A stretch of 64,000 nucleotides of DNA from positions 70,280-134,279 of the forward strand of contig JBNKTL010000006.1 of assembly GCA_050298055.1 (NCBI GenBank). The letters run 5' to 3'. Shown here one piece after another: positions 55,659-64,000 of this stretch; position 1 is the first letter of the stretch, and the number at the start of each line of letters is the position of its first letter. This stretch comes from Spirochaetota bacterium. GTDB taxonomy: Bacteria; Spirochaetota; UBA4802; UBA5550. The notes under the pieces were generated by a model. It ran no database searches and was not told the DNA's origin. It saw only the letters and a program-made list of their open reading frames with translations. A program made the translations under genes and the position numbers.

Positions 55659-56591
55659 TTATTTGAGAGCTGCTTCAAGTTTTGCAAGATTTGCCTTCAT
55701 GATCTCTTCGGTAACCGGAACATATCCCACTTCACTGACGAGCTTTGTAGAAGTCTTCTTTAAATAGAACCTTACAAATTCCCGGAGTTCCTTTTTCTTC
55801 TTAAGAGACGCGCTGTTTACATAGATAAAGATCGGACGAGAAAGAGGTTTGTACTTTCCGCTTCTGGCAGTTTCCAGGGACGGCATAACACCATTGATCT
55901 TAAGGGCCTTAATCTTCTCTTTGTTTTCAAGATAATACGCCATACCGAAGTATCCCAGGGCATTCTTTGAACCGCTTACCGCCTGAACAATTGTGTTATC
56001 CTGCTCTGTTTTCTGGTAATCGCTTCGTGAGGCCCCCTCCTTGCCCACGATTTTTTCTGTGAAATAATCAAAGGTCCCTGAGGCGCTTGTGGGTCCATAG
56101 AGCTCAAACTTGGCGTTTCCCCATTCGGGGTTAACATCGCTCCACTTCCGGGCGGGATTCTCAGGCTGCCATATTTTTTTCAGATCACCGGTTGTCATCC
56201 CATCGACTTTCGATCCCCTGTTCACGACAATTGTTATGGCATCAATGGCAACCTGGAATTCCAGGGCCTCGAAACCTTTCTCTTTGCATGTTTTGATCTC
56301 TTTTTCCTTGATCGTTCGGCTTGCGTCATTGATGTCGGTCTTTCCCGGAATGAAGAAATTCTTGAATCCTCCCCCTGTACCTGTTGACCGGATAGGAATT
56401 TTTACACCGGGGTATACCTTGTTGAATTCCTCTGCCACTGCTACCGTAACGGGATAGACCGTACTGCTGCCGGCTACTTCAATTGTTCCTGAAAGACCGG
56501 TTGACTTTTTCCCGCATCCTGAAAATGTTCCAAGCACAATCATCACAGCCGCACCAGATATAATAAAATATTTCAATGCTTTGATTTTCAT
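55659..56591 (-). CDS. pstS: Phosphate-binding lipoprotein PstS
   Basis: FSGC lipobox; AGSSTVYP, GTGGGF, ASR, SGTFDYF and YKPLSRPIFIY motifs. Confidence 0.95.
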   Translation of the reverse strand: MKIKALKYFIISGAAVMIVLGTFSGCGKKSTGLSGTIEVAGSSTVYPVTVAVAEEFNKVYPGVKIPIRSTGTGGGFKNFFIPGKTDINDASRTIKEKEIKTCKEKGFEALEFQVAIDAITIVVNRGSKVDGMTTGDLKKIWQPENPARKWSDVNPEWGNAKFELYGPTSASGTFDYFTEKIVGKEGASRSDYQKTEQDNTIVQAVSGSKNALGYFGMAYYLENKEKIKALKINGVMPSLETARSGKYKPLSRPIFIYVNSASLKKKKELREFVRFYLKKTSTKLVSEVGYVPVTEEIMKANLAKLEAALK

Positions 56592-56656
56592 TGTCTTACT
56601 TGTTCTCCTTTTATAAATGAATATTGAAACATATTTACTTGTTTATTAAATATTTC

Positions 56657-56700
56657 TAACCGGTTAGTATTTTATTAAAATATTATAAAGATTTTGTTAA
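56657..56700 (-). promoter_or_regulatory. Pho box array for pstSCA
   Basis: Minus-strand 11-bp units TTAACAaaatc TTTATAatatt TTAATAaaata CTAACC. Confidence 0.7.
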
Positions 56701-56804
56701 TTAATGAAAGATAACTGATGTGTCCCCGCCGCCTTTGGCGGAGGGGACACATTATTGGCATTTTATTAAATATGAATATTTTAGCTATACGGCTGAGTCG
56801 TTAC
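56701..56804. mobile_element. Fold-back MITE-like element, copy 8 (left end lost)
   Basis: GATAACTGATGTGTCCCCGCCGCC-ttt-GGCGGAGGGGACACAT ... GCTGAGTCGTTAC. Confidence 0.85.
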
Positions 56805-56822
56805 TTATTCAACAAACAAATC

Positions 56823-56866
56823 TTAACAAAATCTTTACATTTTCATTATATATCCTTTAAATAAAA
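56823..56866 (+). promoter_or_regulatory. Pho box array for pstB-phoU
   Basis: 11-bp units TTAACAaaatc TTTACAttttc ATTATAtatcc TTTAAA; the first 15 nt are identical to the pstS-side array. Confidence 0.7.
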
Positions 56867-56913
56867 GTTTCTCTATTGGTCAAAAGACGTATTTTAAAGG
56901 GAACATCCCGACC

Positions 56914-57669
56914 ATGAAAGAAAAGATCAAAGTTACAGACCTCTCATTCTCCTATGGAAACAGCAGGGCGATAAATGGAATCAGGCTGAGCATCAAAGAA
57001 AACTCGGTCCTTGCCCTTATCGGTCCGTCGGGATGCGGGAAATCGACTTTTCTCAGATGCATTAACAGGATGAACGACATCATTCCCAATACAATGGTGG
57101 AAGGTGACATTGAGATTGACGGAAAATCCATCTATCACCGGAATTACGATGTTACGGATCTTCGAAGACGTGTGGGGATGGTCTTTCAAAAATCCAATCC
57201 CTTTCCCAAATCAATATACGATAACATCGCGTACGGGCTGAAGATAAGCGGTATCCGGGACAGGTATTACATTGACAGTGTGGTTGAAAAGACATTAAAA
57301 AACACGGGGCTCTGGAACGAAGTCAAGGACAGGTTGAACAAGTCCGCCATGGGGCTTTCCGGCGGGCAACAGCAGAGACTCTGCATTGCCCGGACCATCG
57401 CAATTGAACCTGAAGTCATCCTCATGGACGAACCCGCGTCGGCCCTCGACCCCATATCGACCCAGAAGATCGAAGAGCTGATCCAGGACCTCAAGAAAAA
57501 ATATACAATCATCATTGTTACCCATAATATGCAGCAGGCCGCCCGGGTGAGTGACGAGACAGCATTTTTCTATATGGGTGATCTCATTGAAGTTAATTCA
57601 ACGGAAAAAATCTTCACCAACCCGGAAAAGGAGATGACTGAAAACTATATAATCGGTAAATTCGGATAA
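56914..57669 (+). CDS. pstB: Phosphate ABC ATPase PstB
   Basis: [36 protein letters not shown] and [10 protein letters not shown] motifs. Confidence 0.97.
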   Translation: MKEKIKVTDLSFSYGNSRAINGIRLSIKENSVLALIGPSGCGKSTFLRCINRMNDIIPNTMVEGDIEIDGKSIYHRNYDVTDLRRRVGMVFQKSNPFPKSIYDNIAYGLKISGIRDRYYIDSVVEKTLKNTGLWNEVKDRLNKSAMGLSGGQQQRLCIARTIAIEPEVILMDEPASALDPISTQKIEELIQDLKKKYTIIIVTHNMQQAARVSDETAFFYMGDLIEVNSTEKIFTNPEKEMTENYIIGKFG

Positions 57670-57702
57670 TCCGAAGAGACACAGAACCGATCGGGAGAAA
57701 AT

Positions 57703-58356
57703 ATGACCACACATTTGGAACAGGAACTGGCACATCTATCAAAACTCATATATAAGATGGCTGATATCACAATTGAAGCCATTTCAAAGGGAGTTGTCTC
57801 CCTGAAAAACTCCGATGTGAACGCCGCCCGGGAAGTGGTTGACGGGGACTCCGAGCTTGACGCCCTTGAAATAGAGATAGACAACGAATGCATAAAGCTC
57901 CTTGTTACACGGCAGCCCGCGGCCGTACACCTGAGACTTGTCCTGGCATACCTCAAGATCAACACCGACCTGGAGAGGATGGGAGACCTCGCGTCCAACA
58001 TAGCAAAGGAGACCCTGAAACTGGACGGCAAATCCACGCTTAAACCCCTGGTGGATATCCCCCGGATGACTGAAATTGCCATAGAGATGATTAAAAAGGC
58101 CTTCCAGGCAATCAGCGACAAGGACCCGGACCTCGCGAAAAAGGTCATAGAGATGGACAACCATGTGGATGAGCTTAACATGCAGATATACAGGGAGCTC
58201 TTCACATACATGGCCGAAAGCCCGGCAACAATATCAGAGGCCCTTGGTCTCATAATGGTGGCCAAGGCGCTGGAGAGGATAGCGGACCACGCGACGAATA
58301 TTGCCGAAAGGGCAGTCTATTATATTGAGGGTGTGGATATTAGACACGAAGATTAA
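57703..58356 (+). CDS. phoU: Phosphate signalling protein PhoU
   Basis: RQPAA..LR, DLERMGD and LERIADHATNIAE motifs. Confidence 0.96.
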   Translation: MTTHLEQELAHLSKLIYKMADITIEAISKGVVSLKNSDVNAAREVVDGDSELDALEIEIDNECIKLLVTRQPAAVHLRLVLAYLKINTDLERMGDLASNIAKETLKLDGKSTLKPLVDIPRMTEIAIEMIKKAFQAISDKDPDLAKKVIEMDNHVDELNMQIYRELFTYMAESPATISEALGLIMVAKALERIADHATNIAERAVYYIEGVDIRHED

Positions 58357-58384
58357 TCTTTTACCCGGGACAATAATTTATTTT

Positions 58385-58525
58385 GTAACGACTTAGCTAT
58401 ATGAATAAAATTACATATTTACTAAAATATCAATAAGATGTCCCTGCCGCCTTCGGCGGCGGGGACATAGCAGTTGTGTTTTTTATTAAATATGATTATT
58501 CTTATATATATAGTTTAGTAGAAAC
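58385..58525. mobile_element. Fold-back MITE-like element, copy 9
   Basis: GTAACGACTTAGCTAT ... ATGTCCCTGCCGCC-ttc-GGCGGCGGGGACAT ... ATAGTTTAGTAGAAAC; ends 12 bp before the phoB ATG. Confidence 0.88.
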
Positions 58526-58537
58526 ATATTTTAAAAA

Positions 58538-59227
58538 ATGAAAAACCTGATATTTGCCATCGATGATGAAATTGATATCCAGGAGATTATAAAGATAAAT
58601 CTCAGCAGCGAAGGATACGATGTCCTGACATTCTCCTCGGGGGAAGAGGCCCTTGCGGAGATCGGGAACTCAGCACCGGACCTGATTATTCTCGATATCA
58701 TGATGCAGGGAATAGACGGATACGAATTCTGCAGACAGTTACGGGAAAGCAGGGAACACGGAAATATCCCCATCATTTTTCTTTCGGCAAAATCAGAGGA
58801 GTTCGACAAGGTGCTTGGACTGGAGCTGGGAGGAGATGATTACATCACAAAACCTTTCAGCATTAAGGAGCTTAAATCACGGGTAAAGGCAATACTGAGA
58901 AGGGCAACAGCAACCCAACCCAGGGAAGCCGATGTCATCCGGTATCAAGGCGTGGAACTTTACCCCGAGAGCTTTTCCCTCGCAGTGGACGGCGAAGATG
59001 TCCCCCTGACAAAAACGGAATTCAGTATCCTTTCACTCTTTCTCACAAACCCGGGAAAGATCTTCTCACGGGACAATATCATTGACAGCACCCGGGGTAC
59101 CGATGTCTATGTTATCGACAGAACAATAGATGTCCATATCATGAACCTGAGAAAAAAGCTCGGGAAGTACAAGGATATCATAAAAACATTTTCAGGAGTC
59201 GGTTACGGTTTCAGGGAAATCAGGTAG
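58538..59227 (+). CDS. phoB: OmpR/PhoB-family response regulator
   Basis: LDIMM, GGDDYITKPF, DRTIDVHI and GVGY motifs; context phoU-RR-HK. Confidence 0.9.
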   Translation: MKNLIFAIDDEIDIQEIIKINLSSEGYDVLTFSSGEEALAEIGNSAPDLIILDIMMQGIDGYEFCRQLRESREHGNIPIIFLSAKSEEFDKVLGLELGGDDYITKPFSIKELKSRVKAILRRATATQPREADVIRYQGVELYPESFSLAVDGEDVPLTKTEFSILSLFLTNPGKIFSRDNIIDSTRGTDVYVIDRTIDVHIMNLRKKLGKYKDIIKTFSGVGYGFREIR

Positions 59228-61012
59228 ATGCCAAAAAAAATCAGCTCAAAAATCATTATCTCCACGTCCCTGCTGATCATATCACTGGTTTTTTTTCTTA
59301 TACTCTTTATCAACAGAACACTGATGGATACTCATCTCAACATTATCAAAAATGAGATGCGAGAAAAGATCCGCTTTGTTGAACTGGCCTTCCAACAGGA
59401 TGAAAAACTCTATTCCCCGGACTATCTGAAAAAAAACACCGCCTTTGTGAAAAAACTGGCGGACATCATCGACCTCAGAATAACCGTCATAAATCGGAGA
59501 GGAACTGTCCTCGCGGATACAGAGGTAAAAGACGTTGCCGGCCTGGACAACCATCTTTTCAGGCCGGAGGTACAGTACGCGCTGAATAAGATCAGCGGGG
59601 AGAGCATACGGTACAGTGACACCCTCAGGACCGATATGCTCTATACCGCCCGGAAAAGCCGGGACCTGGTTCTCCGCATAGCCAAACCCCTCTACGAGAT
59701 TGAGAAGGTCCGGCAAAAATCGAGCAGAACACTCGCCCTGGCGGGGATCATTGTCATCCTGCTGTCAATATCCGTCATAATCATCATCTCAAGAAAGATA
59801 AGCGGCCCCATACAGGAAGCCATCAGCTTCGCGCGGATCTTCGCAGGCGGCGACTACAACAAGAGGATACTGAACTATAACAACGATGAAATCGGGACAC
59901 TCCAGAAATCCCTCAACAGGCTGGCTGATACAATCCATGAAAAAATTAACAGCTATATCTTTGAAAAGACAAAACTGGAAATAACAATTGAGAGCATACA
60001 GGACGGGATAGCCGTCATTGACAGCAGCAGAAAGATTGTGATAAGCAATTCCGCTTTCCGGAGGATCCTGGAGATTGACACGGATGTCATCCGAAAGATA
60101 TACTACGAGGTCATCAGGAGCAGAAACCTGAATTCACAAATTGAAGAAGCAATGAAGAGCGGAACATCTACCCATTTCGAAGAAGAATTTTTAAGCGGAA
60201 GGGTCTGCAGGATATTCATCAATCCCATAAAGGACGAAAGCACCCTGGAGGGCATGCTCATCGTTCTTCGCGATATTACGGAAAGGAAAAAGATCGACAG
60301 GATGAAAACCGAGCTCATCGGGAACATGTCCCATGAACTGAAAACCCCTATCGCCATACTCAAAGGATATATCGAAACGATCCGGGAGAACATCCGGGAC
60401 AGGAAGATGACAGAAGAACTTCTGGAAAAGGCCTATGCAAATGTTGAAAGGCAGAGCCTGCTCATAAACGACATTCTCAAACTCAACATGATTGAACAGG
60501 GCCCCGGGTTTCCAGCGGAAAAGATAGACCTCGACGAGGTCCTCGGCAGCTGCATGGAGATCCTCACACCAAAGGCTGAAAAGAAGAACATAACAATTCA
60601 CATTGATTACCGGGACTCTGACTATACAATTGAGGGGAACAGGTTTCTCGCGGAAGAGGTCTTCTTTAACCTCATTGATAATGCCATAAATTATAACCAT
60701 CCCCGGGGGAATATTTCCATTAACATGATGAAGGAGCAGAACGGTTCCCCGGTAATCGAGATCGCGGATACCGGTATCGGTATACCGGAAGATTCCGTGA
60801 AAAGGATATTCGAAAGGTTTTACCGGGTTGACAAGAGCAGATCGCGGCTTACCGGCGGTACGGGCCTTGGCCTCTCCATTGTAAAGCACGCGGCGGAACT
60901 CCTTGGATGGGTCATACATGTCGCATCCGGCAGCAGCGGCACAAAGTTTGTCATACACATTCCCCCGGGACCCGCGGACTCGAAAGCGGGGGGAACAACT
61001 GCCGGCTCATAA
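59228..61012 (+). CDS. phoR: PhoR-type sensor kinase (Cache-like, HAMP, PAS, HisKA)
   Basis: NH..RPEV, SHELKTP, NLIDNAI and FERFYRVDKSRSR..GGTGLGLSI motifs. Confidence 0.92.
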   Translation: MPKKISSKIIISTSLLIISLVFFLILFINRTLMDTHLNIIKNEMREKIRFVELAFQQDEKLYSPDYLKKNTAFVKKLADIIDLRITVINRRGTVLADTEVKDVAGLDNHLFRPEVQYALNKISGESIRYSDTLRTDMLYTARKSRDLVLRIAKPLYEIEKVRQKSSRTLALAGIIVILLSISVIIIISRKISGPIQEAISFARIFAGGDYNKRILNYNNDEIGTLQKSLNRLADTIHEKINSYIFEKTKLEITIESIQDGIAVIDSSRKIVISNSAFRRILEIDTDVIRKIYYEVIRSRNLNSQIEEAMKSGTSTHFEEEFLSGRVCRIFINPIKDESTLEGMLIVLRDITERKKIDRMKTELIGNMSHELKTPIAILKGYIETIRENIRDRKMTEELLEKAYANVERQSLLINDILKLNMIEQGPGFPAEKIDLDEVLGSCMEILTPKAEKKNITIHIDYRDSDYTIEGNRFLAEEVFFNLIDNAINYNHPRGNISINMMKEQNGSPVIEIADTGIGIPEDSVKRIFERFYRVDKSRSRLTGGTGLGLSIVKHAAELLGWVIHVASGSSGTKFVIHIPPGPADSKAGGTTAGS

Positions 61013-61936
61013 TATCCTGTAAAAATCTCCCCTCTCCTGTCTCTCCCGGGAAACGATCCTCCGCTTTAACAGGGTCTCCAGAATCACCTTTAATTCTCTC
61101 CTGTCAACACCCAGAGTTGTACTCAGGTCTTCAATTGTCGAAGGCCTCCTTCTCAGTGTGGCCAGGATCGATTCCCTTACGGCTTCCGTTGCCGGTGAAG
61201 GAAACTCACGTTCCGCGGGTTTTCCGATTATTTTAACATTCAGCGGCTTCAGGATGTCAAGGGCCCTCTCAAGGACCTCCCGGCCCGCGGGTTCAATGCC
61301 CTTTTCCGCGGCCGGCCTGTCCAGGGTATTGAGATGGATCTCATCATGCCTTATCATCTCACAGGCCTTTTTTATCAGGCCAAGTTCATCCTCGCTGTCA
61401 TTTATCCCCGGTATAAGAAAAACCTCCAGGGAGATCAGCCCGTTAAATTCTTCACCGAACCGGACAAGCCCCTCCACTGTCCTCTCCGGCGTGATCTCCC
61501 CGTGGGGCCGGAGCATTTTTTCAAAGGTCCGGCCCGTTACCGCATCCAGTGACGGAACAACAAGGTCCGCAAGCTTAAGGGAATCTCTCACTTCCTTCTT
61601 CCAGAGAAGCGTACCGTTTGTCAACACCGCGATGCTGAAGAGGGGATGGTTGATTTTCAGATATTCGATGATATCACCAAGTTCCGAGTGAAGGGTCGGT
61701 TCTCCCGATCCGGAAAATGTTATGTAGTCAAGTTCATGGACCCCCGAAAGGGCCCTGTCAACCTCCATGAGAATATCATCTGCGGGAGTATATTCCCTGA
61801 TCTCCGTGGTAAGCCGTGTAGTGGGCCCGCATTCACAGTAAACGCAATTGAGAGTGCATGTTTTGTAGGGGACGATATCCACACCCAGGGACCTCCCCAG
61901 CCTCCGGGAATTTACGGGACCAAAAACATATTTCAC
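61007..61936 (-). CDS. Radical SAM protein (TYW1/COG0731-like)
   Basis: FGPVNSRRLGRSLG, CTLNCVYCECG, GSGEPTLH and LNTLDRP motifs; C-terminal HTH-like segment. Confidence 0.88.
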   Translation of the reverse strand: MKYVFGPVNSRRLGRSLGVDIVPYKTCTLNCVYCECGPTTRLTTEIREYTPADDILMEVDRALSGVHELDYITFSGSGEPTLHSELGDIIEYLKINHPLFSIAVLTNGTLLWKKEVRDSLKLADLVVPSLDAVTGRTFEKMLRPHGEITPERTVEGLVRFGEEFNGLISLEVFLIPGINDSEDELGLIKKACEMIRHDEIHLNTLDRPAAEKGIEPAGREVLERALDILKPLNVKIIGKPAEREFPSPATEAVRESILATLRRRPSTIEDLSTTLGVDRRELKVILETLLKRRIVSRERQERGDFYRIL

Positions 61937-61940
61937 CGCG

Positions 61941-63554
61941 CTACTTCCCCGTTATTTCAACATCAAGGTCTAGAGAGAGAAAGTGACCGTTCTTCATACC
62001 CCTCAGGTAGATATCGCCTATTCTGTTCAGACTCTTCTTCAACCCCTTGTTCTGGGCCGCCCTCATCTTCATCATACCCGATAAAAAGCTCTCTTTTTTC
62101 AAATGAAGAAGGAAAAAAACCCGGGGACCGGTCTTTCCGGTATAGATGCTTCTCACGCCCATGTTCTCTATTCTCTTTGTATTCATTCCCCACCTGAGAA
62201 GACCGGGACCGCTCCCGATATACAGCCCTTTCCTGTCTGATATGTAATACCGCTTTTTCCCCCTGCTGTCAAGGACCCAGAACGCGGACCTCTTCCCTAT
62301 CCTGGTTTCACCGAACTTTCCCTTTTCCCGGTGATTCATCTTAAGGGTCTTTCTCATCCTGTTGAGCATGCTCCTGGTTTTCGTTTCATCCTTCATGGGG
62401 AAAAAAAGAAGGTAGCGTTCATCACCACTGCCCGGGTTGAACCTCTCAATATTGACATTTATCCCCCCGATGAAATTAGGAACAATATCCCGGCTGTAGC
62501 TGATGCCATACTCCTTCTCCATCTCATTTATCCCTTTAACATAAAAGGAACAGGCAGATGCCGGTTGACTGCAGAGTTCCCTGAGATTTCCCGGATCAAG
62601 AGACATGAAGAAATTGTAATGGGCACCGGGCAGATATAACCCGTTTTTTGAGATACCGGTTTTCAGAACATCCAGGACCGAATTAACATTCTGATTTTCG
62701 CCGTTGAAACTTGTGGAAACACTCAACTTTAACCTGCGGGAGCTGTACTCCAGACCCGCAGCCCCGAATTCTATCGCGTCCAGGAAGGGGGGCCTCTCTT
62801 CTGTTTTCAGTCCCGCTCCTCCTCTGCCGGGCCCCCCTTTACGGGCTGAAGTTGATTCAAAGGCTTTGATAATCATTTCTTTTGTTGCAAAGATATTGAT
62901 GCTGTACTCATCACCGGTAAGTTCCCCGTAGCCGGAATAGATACGGTCATCCTGAAGCGAAGAACTGCCCCCTGCGCCCTCTTCCCCAAGGTCTATGGAT
63001 TTTTTCAGGAGTTCACCGGAAGGGGCTATGAGGAAATATCCCCCCACAAGTGTGTAAAAAACATCCTTCCGGACCTGGAATATCCTGTTATTTCTGTATG
63101 ATGTTATGGCAGGATAGATATCGATACCCGGATTTTCTTTATTCATCTCCTTTAATATCTCAACGAACTTCAGGGGAAACTGCTTTGGGTCCAGAACAGG
63201 GAGAAAGATGATAATATTCTCACTTTTCCCGGTGCTTTTAAAAAATGCCATCCCTATTTTTCTCTCAACATCAATACCCGCTTTTCCCAGAGAATTGCTG
63301 TCCAGAATATCGATGCCGGTTTTATCACGAAGAGCATGAATACTGTCAAAAAATTCTTTCAGTTCCTTTTCTTCGGAAAAATCGCGAACCAGCTCTTTCA
63401 GTGATGCAACAAATTCCCTGACCTTTGATGTTTTCAGAAAAAGCATGGCATTTTCCGGTGTAATCGATTCAATCAGAGTACCGGTCACTGTTTTCTGTGC
63501 AAATCCATGACCGGTTGCTAATATTAAAATCAACGATAACAAGATTTTTTTCAT
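61941..63554 (-). CDS. Hypothetical secreted protein
   Basis: 537-aa ORF with signal peptide MKKILLSLILILATGHGFA. Confidence 0.75.
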   Translation of the reverse strand: MKKILLSLILILATGHGFAQKTVTGTLIESITPENAMLFLKTSKVREFVASLKELVRDFSEEKELKEFFDSIHALRDKTGIDILDSNSLGKAGIDVERKIGMAFFKSTGKSENIIIFLPVLDPKQFPLKFVEILKEMNKENPGIDIYPAITSYRNNRIFQVRKDVFYTLVGGYFLIAPSGELLKKSIDLGEEGAGGSSSLQDDRIYSGYGELTGDEYSINIFATKEMIIKAFESTSARKGGPGRGGAGLKTEERPPFLDAIEFGAAGLEYSSRRLKLSVSTSFNGENQNVNSVLDVLKTGISKNGLYLPGAHYNFFMSLDPGNLRELCSQPASACSFYVKGINEMEKEYGISYSRDIVPNFIGGINVNIERFNPGSGDERYLLFFPMKDETKTRSMLNRMRKTLKMNHREKGKFGETRIGKRSAFWVLDSRGKKRYYISDRKGLYIGSGPGLLRWGMNTKRIENMGVRSIYTGKTGPRVFFLLHLKKESFLSGMMKMRAAQNKGLKKSLNRIGDIYLRGMKNGHFLSLDLDVEITGK

Positions 63555-63899
63555 AGAATTATTCCTTTATATGTAATATTCATAATTGATATACATAATT
63601 ATCCGGTATGAAAAAGTCAATGAGAAAGTTCCCTGCGTTTCCCCTATGGGAAGGGGGTAATATAATTTTATGTTGACAGAAAATCCTCCCTGTGTATCAA
63701 TTATTATAATTTATATCAGGCTGGTTCTGCAAACCTCGTATGTGTGCAAATACCTGTTACAGAAACCATGAAATAATTGATGGCAGTAATAAATCCATTT
63801 TTATGATTTTTAAGAATAAATAAGAAAATTATTCTCTTTTTTCTATGCATAATTCATTTTTATAAATATATTATAACTAACATGTAGAGAAAAAAATTT

Positions 63900-64000
63900 A
63901 TAAATACTCAGATATATGGGTAAAAAAAATCTATTTGCTGAAATATCACTGATGTGTCCCCGCCGCCGAAGGCGGCGGGGACACATCAGTTTTGCTTTTC
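63900..64000. mobile_element. Fold-back MITE-like element, copy 10 (cut by the window end)
   Basis: ATAAATACTCAGATAT ... ACTGATGTGTCCCCGCCGCC-gaa-GGCGGCGGGGACACATCAGT. Confidence 0.88.

Noticed and set aside
1062..63990. The recurring GC palindrome read as a CRISPR repeat or integron attC site
   Set aside because: Copies are dispersed kilobases apart with no spacer array, no cas or integrase gene is present, the ends do not fit RYYYAAC/GTTRRRY, and they flank core genes.
1..64000. tRNA, rRNA, prophage or intact transposase genes
   Set aside because: None was recognised on either strand by inspection.

Overview
A 64-kb window of bacterial chromosome. It is probably from a Spirochaetota (Leptospira-like) genome, an inference from the many lipoproteins, a LolA-like protein and an MBL-fold cNMP phosphodiesterase. 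Core content: yqeY, two convergent RND+TolC efflux operons (one TetR-controlled, neither with an adaptor gene), a NarL-type two-component pair, slyD, a YbaK-family deacylase, and a split Pho locus (pstSCA divergent from pstB-phoU-phoB-phoR, with mirror-image Pho boxes). Accessory content: two VapBC-type modules (one frameshifted), a decayed pnuC-nadR pair, an ankyrin gene bracketed by a 102-bp direct repeat, and a radical SAM gene paired with a stand-alone acyltransferase domain. Two signals stand out. (1) A translationally coupled four-gene operon at 32.8-38.6 kb (OM beta-barrel, transglutaminase-7TM with Cys/His retained, RimK-like ATP-grasp ligase, anchored TPR protein) that looks like a trans-envelope peptide-polymer synthesis/export machine. 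(2) Ten intergenic copies of a ~140-bp fold-back element with IS66-like GTAAC ends and a covarying GC hairpin core, plus an eleventh copy with the same ends that carries a transposase-like N-terminal fragment. No CRISPR array, tRNA or rRNA gene was recognised. Family assignments come from motif recognition by eye, not database searches.
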